A model generated the notes under the pieces. It made no database searches. It saw only the letters and a list, made by a program, of their open reading frames with translations, and had not been told where the DNA came from. The position numbers and the translations under genes were made by a program. From assembly GCF_963921235.1 (NCBI RefSeq), contig NC_086097.1, positions 190,590,001-190,654,000 on the forward strand: DNA of 64,000 bases. The letters run 5' to 3'. Shown here piece after piece: positions 1 to 11,232 of this stretch (its first letter is position 1; the number at the start of each line of letters is the position of its first letter). Origin of the DNA: Mobula hypostoma (lineage: Eukaryota).

Positions 1-140
1 TATTGAGTTTGATGGAAACTTGGCTACACAATCATGGGTGTACAGTGAGTACAGCAGGGGGCTGAGTACACAACCTTGTGGGACACTGGTGCTCAGAGTG
101 ATTGCAGAGGAGGGCTTGTCCCCTATTTTTACAGCCTGGG
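1..140 (-). mobile_element. Rex1/Babar-type LINE RT fragment (inverted 5' part; runs off the window start)
   Basis: Minus strand reads QAVKIGDKPSSAITLSTSVPQGCVLSPLLYSLYTHDCVAKFPSNSI, the PQG..LSPLL..LYT.DC RT motif. Confidence 0.85.
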
Positions 141-563
141 TAGTAGCCTACAAACTACCCAGGAAATTTTCAAGGAGCGGTGTCTCAGAAAGGCAGCGTC
201 CAATATTAAGGACCTCCAGCACCCAGGGCATGCCCTTTTCTCACTGTTACCATCAAGTAGGAGGTACAGAAGCCCGAAGGCACACACTCAGCGATTCAGT
301 AACAGCTTCTTCCCCTCTGCCATCCGATTCCTAAATGGACATTGAACATTGAACCCTTGGACACTAACACACTTTTTTTTTAATAGTATTTCTGTTTTTG
401 CATAATTTTTAATCTATTCAATATACATATACTGTAATTGATTTAGTTATTATTATTATTTTATTTTAGTTTTTTTCTTCTATATTATGTATTGCATTGA
501 ACTGCTGCTGCTCAGTTAACAAATTTCATGTCACATGCCGGTGATAATAAACCTGATTCTGAT
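137..563 (+). mobile_element. Rex1/Babar-type LINE 3' end
   Basis: C-terminus IKDLQHPGHALFSLLPSSRRYRS...RFSNSFFPSAIRFLN*, then AT-rich 3' UTR, AATAAA and a (CTGATT)n-type tail. Confidence 0.85.
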
Positions 564-1841
564 CTTCCATAGTTGGAGAGAACTTCCATGAATTGTGTGT
601 TCTTGAATTTACCCAGAAACAGTTCTGTTTCTTTCAACATCTAGGTTTGTTAGTGGATGGCATTAACAAAGGACACAATATATGCAGCCTGTCTGTACTA
701 ATCATACTCAAGAGACCCACTGATATTTTCCATTAGCTCATTTATCATCAATATATCAGAATGACGAGATTTGTAATTAAGACTTCAGATTCTATCATTG
801 TATCATCAAGAATAGTTCATTATCTTTCTAACAGAAAATTCAAATGCATTCCAAAATAAAATATATCGACTCTGAAATATGAAAATTCCTAGCTTCTAAA
901 ATAAAATATATAGTGGTAGTTGATAAAAGACTAAGAATGTTAAACTCCTTCACGTTTTCCTGTTACTGTATATTTCATCCATTTCTACTTAAGTAATATT
1001 TAATATGCGATAGCCGTAATTTATATCACAAATGTATAATGCTGCTGTATCTTCTGTAAACAGGGTGTGTTTTCCACCCTGGTGCAACTTAATATCAGCA
1101 ATAAGTGCAGAAAAACTCCTTACTTCGAATATCTCTGTTACAACTCAATAACTTATGCATTACGTGGCAATGCTTCAGAGTGATTCAGAATACATTAGAA
1201 TCATCCTGTACAGCATGAGTAATGATGGTGTTCAGGCAGATAAAATTCATTTGTTGAGTAGTGGACAAAGACGCTATTCTAAGTGGTTAAGTGGCTTCCT
1301 TATAATGATGGACAAAGATGTTTCCTATGTAAGTGGTCAACCCATTTGTTTGCAATGTTGTGCAATACTGTCAACTTTAATGAAAAATGGATTTGTGCAT
1401 TTACAAGTTAAATACCTCATTCAGTTACCCAGAGTGGTACACTAAACTAAGAATAGAGAAAAAGATAATTCCATAGCTGCAGATAAATATATTACATAAA
1501 CAGTCAACATGTAATAAAAAGACCTTTAACGAAGACAACATATGCAGGTTATCAAAGACAAAACAAAAATAAGTGTTTATATCAAATTATAGAACTTCCA
1601 ACCTGTTCCATAATGGGTACACACTGTCCTAGGGCAAATGTCTATGGGCTAGCTGAGGCATAAAACCCGTAAGTAGTGCAGGCAATTAAAGATAAAGAAC
1701 CAGGTATTGAAATTTAGAAAAATAGCTCTAAAATAATGGATTCTAAGTAATACACAATAAAACAGCTCAACCATAAAACCAATTTTAACTGCATTTTGGA
1801 ATAAAGTCAATACAATGAAACAACAAACTTGAGAGCAAGTA

Positions 1842-2607
1842 CAGAGGATTCCAGTTAATTGGGGCATCTGTTAATCAGGGCAGCTGCTCATTTGGGACAA
1901 CACTTAAAGAACAGAAACTAATCAAGAAAATAACTGAGATTTCCTTCATTTATTTGGGACACTCTGCTGTTTAATTGGGGCAAGAGACTGTTCCAAACAG
2001 GTTCTAACTGGTGTTAGTCATCAGCATTTGTGTGGCCATTAGACACTACACTGTTCTTAGAGTGAACAGTTCTTAAATTCTATCAGTCACTTGGGTTTGT
2101 GTTCACACAGCAGTGATCTTCGTCACTGATAGTAGACAAGCAATAAGCAGTAAAGACAATTCAGAACTGCTTTCCTCATTGTGGTTTCAAGCATTCAGGC
2201 TTGGAGATGTCGGAAACTACTGGGAGTGAAAATGAAACGATTTCACTACTTGAACAAGTTAGAAACTATGAAGAATTTGAAGGTATCGCCTATTATCTTG
2301 CATGTTGCAATAAAAGTGATGGTCTGGAAGATGCAATCATTGAAATCATTATATTAAGACAGTCCATTACCTGAATTTGTTAATTTACAGTCAATCAAAA
2401 CAGCATATCAGCACACTCTGGATTAATTCATCCCTCGTTAACTATTAGGAAATAATACAGTTTTATAGTACCACAGTAGTATTGGCAGTGTTCTAATTTG
2501 TTCTGTATATTTCATTTAAATACATGATTTGTTAGTCAGTTAAATAGTGGTTTAATTGGGTCAAAAGATACTGGTCCCTATAAGAAACAATTAAATGGAA
2601 TCCACTG
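1842..2607 (+). mobile_element. Non-autonomous Tigger/pogo-like (Tc1/mariner superfamily) DNA transposon
   Basis: TIRs CAGAGGATTCCAGTTAATTG / CAATTAAATGGAATCCACTG, with TA on both sides (1840-1841, 2608-2609). An internal TIQNCF.HCGF remnant near 2155-2190 is typical of pogo/Tigger transposase C-termini. Confidence 0.8.
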
Positions 2608-3089
2608 TACATCACGACTTGGCTCGCAAATTACTCATATTTGCACTGTGTTTCGTATCTTCAGAATGTTTCGACAACATTGATTTACTTATGAAATAGA
2701 TACATAGTTGCCATTAAAGATTATGGCAACCAAGTTGTGCATAGGGATATCCAAGCAATGACAAGAGAAGAAATGGTGTTCGTAGATCATAAAATGTCAG
2801 TAAGACACAAGAGATACACTTTTTTCTTCTTAAAACTATTCAATGCAAATTTTACATCAACCCAAACATATAAACAGGGAATCTATTCAAATATATCACA
2901 CAAAAGATACTCTCAGTGACAAGCTAACACCTCCTCAACATTAATGCTCACTATCTACAAATATAGAAGACAAAATGCTATCATTGCAGCACAACTGTTG
3001 CACTTAAGATGTAACTTTACCAGAGTATTTATCAAAGTCCTAAGTGCATATAATTTCAGGATGTGCAAAGTTAAAATATTCAACAGCAT

Positions 3090-3722
3090 TTCAAAGTTCA
3101 AACTTCGAAGTAAATCTGTTGTCAAAGTACATGTATGTCACCATATATCCACTGAAATACATTTTCTCTCAGGCATTGACAGTAACTACAAAGAAAAACA
3201 ATAGAATCAATGAAAACCAACATGCGAGATGGACAAACAGCCAATGTGCAAAAGAGAAAAAGCTACATATACAAAAAGAAAATATGTAAACAAAATAATA
3301 TTAATAATAAATGAATAAAGATAACTATCAAGAACGTGAGTTGCAGAGTCCTTGAAAGTGAATCCATAGGTTGCAGGAACAGTTAGGTGTTAGAGTAAGT
3401 GAAGTTGAGTGACCATCCCCTCTAGTTTAAGAGCCTGGTCATTGAGAACAATTAACTGTTACTGAATCTGGTGCTGTGTGTTCTGAGGTTCCAGTACCTC
3501 ACTCCTGATGGCAGCAGCAAGAAGAGAGCATTGTCTGCTGGTGGATGCTGCTGTTTTGTAGACGTGCTTAATACTGGGGAGGGCTTTACCCATGAAGGAC
3601 TGGGCTGTATCCACTGCTTCTTTAGGTTTTTCCGTTCAAGGGCATTGGTGTTTTCATACCAGGTTGGGAAACAACCAGTCTGTATACTCTCCACTGCATA
3701 TCCATAACAGTTTGTCAAAGGT
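3090..3722 (-). mobile_element. Rex1/Babar-type LINE 3' fragment
   Basis: ORF 3452-3808 includes AVESIQTGCFPTWY...LFLLLPSGVRYWNLRTHSTRFSNS; (CTTTGAA)n-like tail at ~3090-3105. Confidence 0.8.
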
Positions 3723-3867
3723 TCAAGAAGTTGAAGAACATAGAACATACATAGAATAGTACAGCACAATACAGGCCCTCTGGCCCACAATGTTGTGCCG
3801 ACCCTCAAACCCTGCCTCCCATATAAGCCCCCACCTTAAATTCCTCCATATACCTGTCTAGTAGTTT

Positions 3868-6580
3868 CTAAAACTTCACTAGTGTATCTGCCTCCACCAC
3901 TGACTCAGGCAGTGCATTCCACGCACCAACCACTCTCCGAGTAAAAAACCTTCCTCTAATATCCCCCTTGAACTTCCAACCGCTTACCTTAAAGCCATGT
4001 CCTCTTGTATTGAGCAGTGGTGCCCTGGGGAAGAGGCGCTGGCTATCCACTCTATCTATTCCTCTTATTATCTTGTACACCTCTATCACGTCTCCTCTCA
4101 TCCTCTTTCTGTCCAAAGAGTAAAGGCCTAGCTCCCTTAATCTCTGATCATAATGCATACTCTCTAAACCAGGCAGCATCCTGGTAAATCTCCTCTGTAC
4201 CCTTTCCAATGCTTCCACATTCTTCCTATAGTGAGGCAACCAGAACTGGACACAGTACTCCAAGTGTGGCCTAACCAGAGTTTTATAGAGCTGCATCATT
4301 ACATCGTGACTCTTAAACTCTATCCCTCGACTTATGAAAGCTAACACCCCATAAGCTTTCTTAACTACCCTATCCACCTGTGAGGCAACTTTCAGGGATC
4401 TGTGGACATGTACCCCTGATCCCTCTGTTTCTCCACACGACCAAGTATCCTGCCATTTACTTTGTACTCTGCCTTGGTGTTTGTCCTTCCAAAGTGTACC
4501 ACCTCACACTTCTCCGGGTTGAACTCCATCTGCCACTTCTCAGCCCACTTCTGCATCCTATCAATGTGTCTCTGCAATCTTTGACAATCTTCTACACTAT
4601 CTACAACACCACCAACCTTTGTGTCATCTGCAAACTTGCCAACCCACCCTTCTACCCCCACATCCAGGTCGTTAATAAAAATCACGAAAAGTAGAGGTCC
4701 CAGAACAGATCCTTGTGGGACACCACTAGTCACAATCCTCCAATCTGAATGTAATCCCTCCACCATGACCTTCTGGCTTCTGCAAGCAAGCCAATTCTGC
4801 ATCCACCTGGCCAAACTCCCTGGATCCCATGCCTTCTGACTTTCTGAATAAGCCTACCATGTAGAACCTCGTCAAATGCTTTACTAAAATCCATATAGAT
4901 CACATCCACTGCACTACCCTCATCTATATGCCTGGTCACCTCCTCAAAGAACTCTATCAGGCTTGTTAGACACGATCTGCCCTTCACAAAGCCATGCTGA
5001 CTGTCTCTGATCAGACCATGATTCTATAAATGCCCAGAGATCCTATCTCTAAGAATCTTTTCCAACAGCTTTCCCACCACAGACGTAAGGCTCACTGGTC
5101 TATAATTACCCGGACTATTCCTACTACCTTTTTTGAACAAGGGGACAACATTTGCCTCCCTCCAATCCTCCGGTACCATTCCCGTGGACAATGAGGACAT
5201 AAAGATCCTAGCCAGAGGCTCAGCAATCTCTTCCCTCGCCTCATGGAGCAGCCTGGGGCATATTCCGTCAGGCCCCGGGGACTTATCCATCCTAATGTAT
5301 TTTAACAACTCCAACACCTCCTCCCCCTTAATATCAACATGCTCCAGAACATCAACCTCACTCATATTGTCCTCACCATCATCACGTTCCCTCTCATTGG
5401 TGAATACCGAAGAGAAATATTCATTGAGGACATCGCTCACTTCCACAGCCTCCAGGCACATCTTCCCACCTTTATCTCTAATCGGTCCTACCTTCACTCC
5501 TGTCATCCATTTGGTCTTCACATAATTGAAGAATGCTTTGAGGTTTTCCTTTACCCTACTCGTCAAGGCCTTCTCATGCCCCCTTCTTGCTCTTCTCAGC
5601 CCCTTCTTAAGCTCCTTTCTTGCTTCCCTATATTCCTCAATAGACCCATCTGATCCTTGCTTCCTAAACCTCATGTATGCTGCCTTCGTCCACCTGACTA
5701 GATTTTCCACCTCACTTGTCACCCATAGTTCCTTCACCATACCATTCTTTATCTTCCTCACCAGAACAAACTTATCCCTAACATCCTGCAAGAGATCTCT
5801 AAACATCGACCACATGTCCATAGTACATTTCCCTGCAAAAACATCATCCCAGTTCACACCTGCAAGTTCTAGCCTTATAGCCTCATAATTTGCCCTTCAC
5901 CAATTAAAAATTTTCCTGTCCTCTCTGATTCTATCCTTTTCCATTATAATGCTGAAGGCCAGGGTGTGGTGGTCACTGTCCCCCAGATGCTCAACCACTG
6001 AGAGATCTGTGACCTGACCTGGTTCATTACCTAGTACTAGATCTAGTATGGCATTCCCCCTAGTCGGCCTGTCCACATACTCTGACTGGAATCCATCCTG
6101 GACACACTTAACAAACTCTGCCCCATCTAATCAGGTGCCAATCAGTATTAGGGAAGTTAAAGTCACCCATGATAACAACCCTGTTATTTTTGCACCTTTC
6201 CAGAATCTGCCTCCCAATCTGCTCCTCTATATCTTTGCTGCTAACAGGGGGCCTATAGAATACCCCCAACAGAGTAACTGCTCCCTTCCTGTTTCCGACT
6301 TCCACCCATACTGACTCAAAAGAGGATCCTACTACTTTACCCGCCCTTTCTGTAGATGTAATAGTATCCCTGACCAGTAATGTCACCCCTCCTCCCCTTT
6401 TCCCCCTCTCTATCCCTTTTAAAACACTGAAATCCAGGAATATTGAGAATCCATTCCTGCCCTGGTGCCAGCCAAGTCTCTGTAATGGCCACTACATCTT
6501 AATTCCATGTATGTATCCAAGCTTTCAGTTCATCACCTTTGTTCCTGATGCTTCTTGCATTGAGGTACACACACTTCAGC
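3868..6580 (-). pseudogene. CR1 ORF2 (APE endonuclease + reverse transcriptase), frameshifted
   Basis: EN motifs YLNARSI, VAITETWL, GVFYRPP, MGDFNFP. RT motifs KSPGPDG, NYRPVSLTS, YMDFSKAFD, GVPQGSVLGP, FADDTK, RPHLEYCVQFW. Split over ORFs 6108-6386, 5024-5857, 4730-4987, 4392-4814 and 3868-4377. Confidence 0.93.
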
Positions 6581-6713
6581 CCTTCTACCTTACTGTCTTT
6601 ACACCGTTTATTCTGTGTCTCTTTCCTCAAAGCCTCTCTATATGTTAGATCTGGCTTTACTCCATGCACTTCTTTCACTGCTCTATCGCTCTGGGTCCCA
6701 TCCCCCTCGCAAA

Positions 6714-7048
6714 TTAGTTTAAACCCTCGTGCACCATACTAGCAAACCTCCCTGCAAGGGTATTGCTCCCCCTCGAGTTCAGGTGCAACCCATCCCATCT
6801 GTACAGGTCCCACCTTCCCCAGAAGAGATCCCAATGACCCAAAAATCTAAAACCCTGCTCCCTGCACCAGCTCCTCAGCCACGCATTCAACTGCCATCTC
6901 CTCCAATTCTTACCATCACTATCACGTAGCACTGGCAGCAATCCTGAGAACGCCACCCTTGAGGTCCTGTTCTTCAGCCTTCTGCCTAGTTCCTGAAACT
7001 CACACTTCAGGACCTCATCCCTCTTCCTGCCTATGTCGTTGGTCCCAA
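6714..7048 (-). pseudogene. CR1 ORF1 C-terminal SGNH/GDSL esterase domain (5'-truncated)
   Basis: VGTND (block III) and DGLH (block V) motifs, directly upstream of ORF2. Confidence 0.88.
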
Positions 7049-7261
7049 CAAGAAGTTTCATTTTGTATTATCGTATGAAGCAAACTCATGTTTTTGAACT
7101 ATAAAATGCCACAAGGATATAGTTACTCCACTTTTCCATATCTCAACATCTTCCTCAAATTGTTTTTTTTTCATCCAAAAGCTATAACATTATAAATGAT
7201 GGTAACAACCTGATATACCAAGATGATAAAAATGAATATCTTTAATCTTCCATAATATTAA

Positions 7262-8404
7262 TAGCCATAGCTCTACACACCGTCCTTACACATCTGGAGA
7301 AGAGGGACGCTTATATGAGAATGCTGTTCTTGGACTACAGTTTAGCATTCAACACCATAATTCCCTCAAGGCTTGACAAGAATCTCAGAGACCTCGGCCT
7401 CCACATTGCCTTGTGCAGCTGGATTCTGGACTCCCTGTCAGATTGCCGGCGGGTGGCAAGAGTGGGCACCCTCACCTCTGCCCCTCTGACCCTCAACACA
7501 GGTGCCCCTTAGGGCTGTGTACTAAGCTCCCTCCTATACTCTCTGTATATCCATGACTGTGTTGCCACCCACAGCTCCAATCTGCTAATTAAATTTGTTG
7601 ATGATACTACACTGATTGGCCTAATCTCAAATAATAATGAGGCAGCCTACAGAGAGGAAGTCAACACCCTAACACAGTGGTGCCAAGAAAACAGCTGCTT
7701 CCTCAAAAACAAAGGAGCTGGTTGTGGGCTACAGGGGGAATGCAGACAGGCTAACCCATATTGACATCAATGGAGATGGGGTTGAGAGGGTGAATAGCTT
7801 TATGTTCCTTGGCATAAACATCACCGAGGATCTCATGTGGTTTGTACATAACAGCTGTGTGGTGAAAAAGTCACAACAGCGCCTCTTTCACCTTAGATGG
7901 TTGAAGAAGTTTGGTGTGGGCCCCCAAATCCAAAGAACTTTCTATAAGGGCACAATTGAGAGCATCTTGACTGGCTGCATCACGCCTCGTATGAGAACTG
8001 TACTTCTCTCAATCACAGGACTCTGCAGAGAGTGGTGCGGACAGCCCAGTGCATCTGTAGAACTTCCTACTATTCAGGACATTTACAAAGATAGGTGTGT
8101 AAGAAGAGCCTGAAGGATCACTGGGACCTGAGTCACCCCACCACAAACTGTTCCAGCTTCTACCATCTGGGAAATGGTACCACAGCATAAAAACCAGGAC
8201 CAACAGGCTCCAGGACAGCTTCTTCCACCAGGCCATCAAACTTATTAATTCATGCTGATACAGTTGTATTTCTATGTTACATTGACTGCCCTGTTGTACA
8301 TACTATTTATTATAAATTACTATAAATTGCACATTTAGACAGAGATAACGTAAAGATTTTTACTTATGTATATGAAGGATGTAAGTAATAAAGTCGATTC
8401 AATT
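7262..8404 (+). mobile_element. Rex1/Babar-type LINE, 5'-truncated, decayed RT
   Basis: RMLFLDYSLAFNTI, LNTGAP*GCVLS, KFVDDT, QRLFHLRWLKKF, TIESILTGCI; AATAAAGTCGATTCAATT end. Confidence 0.9.
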
Positions 8405-8746
8405 AGTATATATTTTTTAAAAAATAAATGGGCTTATCACATATGTTAAAATAGCAGAGAAGGTTATAATATACTGAAAACAATTTCTTATTTACTATCT
8501 GAGAGCCAGTGAGTTTACTCTTCATGGAATGGGCAATCCTGGCAGAGGTGGGACAGGGATTGAGGGATAATTAGTTCTCCTCTAGAATGTTGCATATCTC
8601 AGAGAAAATACATTTGTAACATTTGAGCTTACAAATACTTTGTTCATCACATCTCTAAAGTTTCCACTCCTCAAGTACCTAATGTGTTCTTTACTGCCTA
8701 TACCTACAACATACCTCCTTCTTAGGAAGTAACCCAGTCAGTTTGG

Positions 8747-9019
8747 ATTGACTGGAATATGAAAGGAAAGGATGTAATGTTGAGGCTTTTTAAGGCACTG
8801 GTGAGGCCTCATGGAGTATTGTGAGCAGTTTTAGGCCCATTTTCTAAGAAAGAATGTGCTGACACCGGGGAAGGTTCGAAGGATGTTCATGAAAATGTTT
8901 CTGGGATTGCAAGGCTTAACATATGAGGAGTGTTTGATGAGTCTGGACCTGTACTCACTGGAGTTCAGAAGGAGTGGGGGTGGTGGAATCTCATTGAAAC
9001 CTATTGAATTTTGAAAGGT
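8747..9019 (+). mobile_element. CR1 ORF2 C-terminal fragment
   Basis: GATGTAATGTTGAGGCTTTTTAAGGCACTGGTGAGGCCTCA..GGAGTATTGTGAGCAGTTT matches the LVRPHLEYC region of the 3.3-kb CR1. Confidence 0.75.
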
Positions 9020-9785
9020 TTCATTCGATGGCTCTTCAATGAATCCAAGAACATTTGGATAGATAAGATACATAAGTCAGGATGCTTGTCATTGACTACA
9101 GTTCAGCAGTCAATACTATCCTCCCTTCAAAACTAATTAATAAGCTTCAAGTCCTTTGCTCAATAATTCTTTGTGCCACTGGATCCTCGATTCCTCATTT
9201 GCAGATGCCAGTCTGTTTGAATTAGCAACGACATCTCCTCCACAATATCCCTCAGCACAGGTACACCACAAGACAGCGTACTTAGCCCCTGCCCTACTCA
9301 CTTTATACTTATGACATGCCATCTTTAAGTTTGCTGATAACACTTCAGTCATTGGCTGAATCAAGGGTGGTAATGAGTCAGCATATCGAGGGAAATTGAA
9401 ACTGACTGAAAGGTGCCACAACAAGAAACTCGCACTCAATGTCAGCAGGACCAAGAAGATGCTTATTGACTTCAGGAGGAGGAAACCAGAGACCCATAAG
9501 CCTGTCCTCATCGGGGGATCAGAGTTGGAGAGGGTCAGCCACTTTAAATTCCTCGGTATTATCATTTCAGAGGATCTGTCCTGGGTCCAGCACACAAATG
9601 CTATTATGAAGAAAGCATGCCAGCACTTTTACTTTCTTAGAAGTTTGTGTACATTCAGCATGTCATCTAAAATTTTGAAGAACTTCTATAGATGTGTGGT
9701 AGAGAGTATATTGACTGCATGTATCACAGCTTTGTATGGAAACATCAATGTCTTTGTCAGGGAGAAGCCTACAAAAAGTAATGGA

Positions 9786-9981
9786 AACATGAGGAAATCT
9801 GCAGATGCTGGAAATTCAAGCAACACACACAGAAAATGCTGGCGTATGCAGCAGGCCAGACAGATTCTACAGGAAGAGGTACAGTCAAAGTTTCATGCCG
9901 AGACGTTAGTCCTGACGAAGGATCTTGGCCCGAAACGTCGACTGTACCTCTTCCTATAGATGCTGCCTGGCCTGCTGCGTT
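9786..9981. mobile_element. Fold-back insertion of Penelope-like terminal-repeat (pLTR) sequence with 14-bp TSD
   Basis: CAAAAAGTAATGGA is duplicated at 9772-9785 and 9982-9995. Arms ~9845-9904 and 9922-9981 are reverse complements (~80% by eye). The same repeat terminates the GIY-YIG-bearing element at 55020-55548. Confidence 0.85.
9907..9944 (+). ncRNA. Minimal type I hammerhead ribozyme motif (Penelope-associated)
   Basis: TAGTC-CTGACGA-A-GGAT(CTTG)GCCC-GAAA-C-GTC-GACTG. Stem I UAGUC/GACUG, core CUGANGA, stem II with one A-C mismatch, GAAA, and a GUC cleavage triplet with a loopless palindromic stem III (ACGU). Confidence 0.75.
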
Positions 9982-10929
9982 CAAAAAGTAATGGATATGG
10001 CCCAGTGCATCAATGGTAAAGCCCTCCCCACCACTGAGTTCATCTACAAGGAGCACTGTCACAGAAAAGCAGCATCTATCATTAGGACCCACACCATCCA
10101 GGCTATGCTCTCTTTTCACTGCTGCCATTAGGAAGATGGTACAAGACCCTCAGGACCTGCACCACCAGTCTCTGGAACAGTTATTAACCCTCAACCATCT
10201 GGGTGTTGAACTATAGGGGAAAACTTCACTTACCATTCTGATCCATTTAACTCCCAAACAAAAAAATAGAATCCTGCAGTCAAGATATTAATAATTTAAA
10301 TATAATTAAAAATACATTGGTAATTCTTGGGAAGAATGATGTAAACTGCATCTGAACACACCTATAATGTGTGATAAAACATTCTGTGATTGCCAGATCT
10401 CCCTTTTGCTGTTAGAATATTTTATTTTACATTTAAATATCTATTAGGTAATTTTAATCAGTAATTTCTTTCTGATGTATTAAAGTATTCTAATATAATA
10501 CACATTTCCTTAACATATTGAAGACAAATTTGGTTTTAAAAATGTACATCAGCCATTGTGACTGGAGCAAAATCTGTATTAACAGATTCAGAATTTGCTA
10601 AAAATACCATGTTTGTTTATGATTAATTTAATCTGTTGAATAAGATGTAAATTTCATCAATATACAAAATCCAATAATTAAATCTGCAACAAATTTCCTA
10701 GGTTTAGAAGGGTGGCTCCTTTACATGTAATGGACAAAGACAAATTTTAAGTGGTTTATTATCTATTCTCTGAGAGATATGATTATTTTGCAAGCTTCAT
10801 TTTGAGGTCATTTCTTACTTCATATATTAATGACCTGTAAAATGTATGCTGTCAAGCAATTGAAAATGGAAAATAGGACAATTGTGCTATTTCCTATCAA
10901 TCATCTTTACTTGCTCACATTTCATATTT

Positions 10930-11232
10930 AACGTGGCCAAAGTGGTTAAGGCACTGGTCTAGTGATCTGAAGGTCGCTAGTTCGTGCCTCAGCTGAGGCA
11001 GCCTGTTGTGTCCTTGAGCATGGCACTTAACCACACATTGCTCTGCGATGACACTGGTGCCAAGCTGTATCGGCCCTCGTGTCCTTCCCTTGGACAACAT
11101 CAGTGGCGTGGAGAGGGGAGAGTTGCAGCATTGGCAACTGCCGGTCTTCCATACAACTTTGACCAGGCCTGCGCCCTGGAAACCTTCCAAGGCGCAAATC
11201 CATGGTCTCACGAGACTAACGGATGCCTATAA
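10930..11232 (+). mobile_element. tRNA-derived SINE with CORE-like domain
   Basis: A box TGGCCAAAGTGG and B box-like GTTCGTGCC, followed by GTGTCCTTGAGCATGGCACTTAACC (CORE-like); ~300 bp, GC-rich. Confidence 0.75.

Larger units (their letters stand above)
3733..7048 (-). mobile_element. CR1-clade LINE, ~3.3 kb, 5'-truncated within ORF1, relatively young
   Basis: (TTCTATG)n tail at ~3736-3757, CR1 3' stem-loop, EN+RT ORF2 and an esterase-type ORF1 end. Flanked by direct repeat CAAGAAGTT (3724-3732 and 7049-7057), a probable TSD. Confidence 0.95.
9020..10230 (+). mobile_element. Rex1/Babar-type LINE fragment interrupted by a 196-bp insertion
   Basis: ORF 9396-9959 LNVSRTKKMLIDFRR...VVESILTACITALYGN; the element resumes after 9995. 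Confidence 0.88.

Noticed and set aside
4380..6929. Plus-strand ORFs overlapping the CR1
   Set aside because: Antisense shadows of CR1 ORF1/ORF2.
10930..11000. tRNA gene (also at 47950-48018)
   Set aside because: A/B boxes run into SINE bodies, with no complete cloverleaf or terminator; the second has a TSD and an A-tail.
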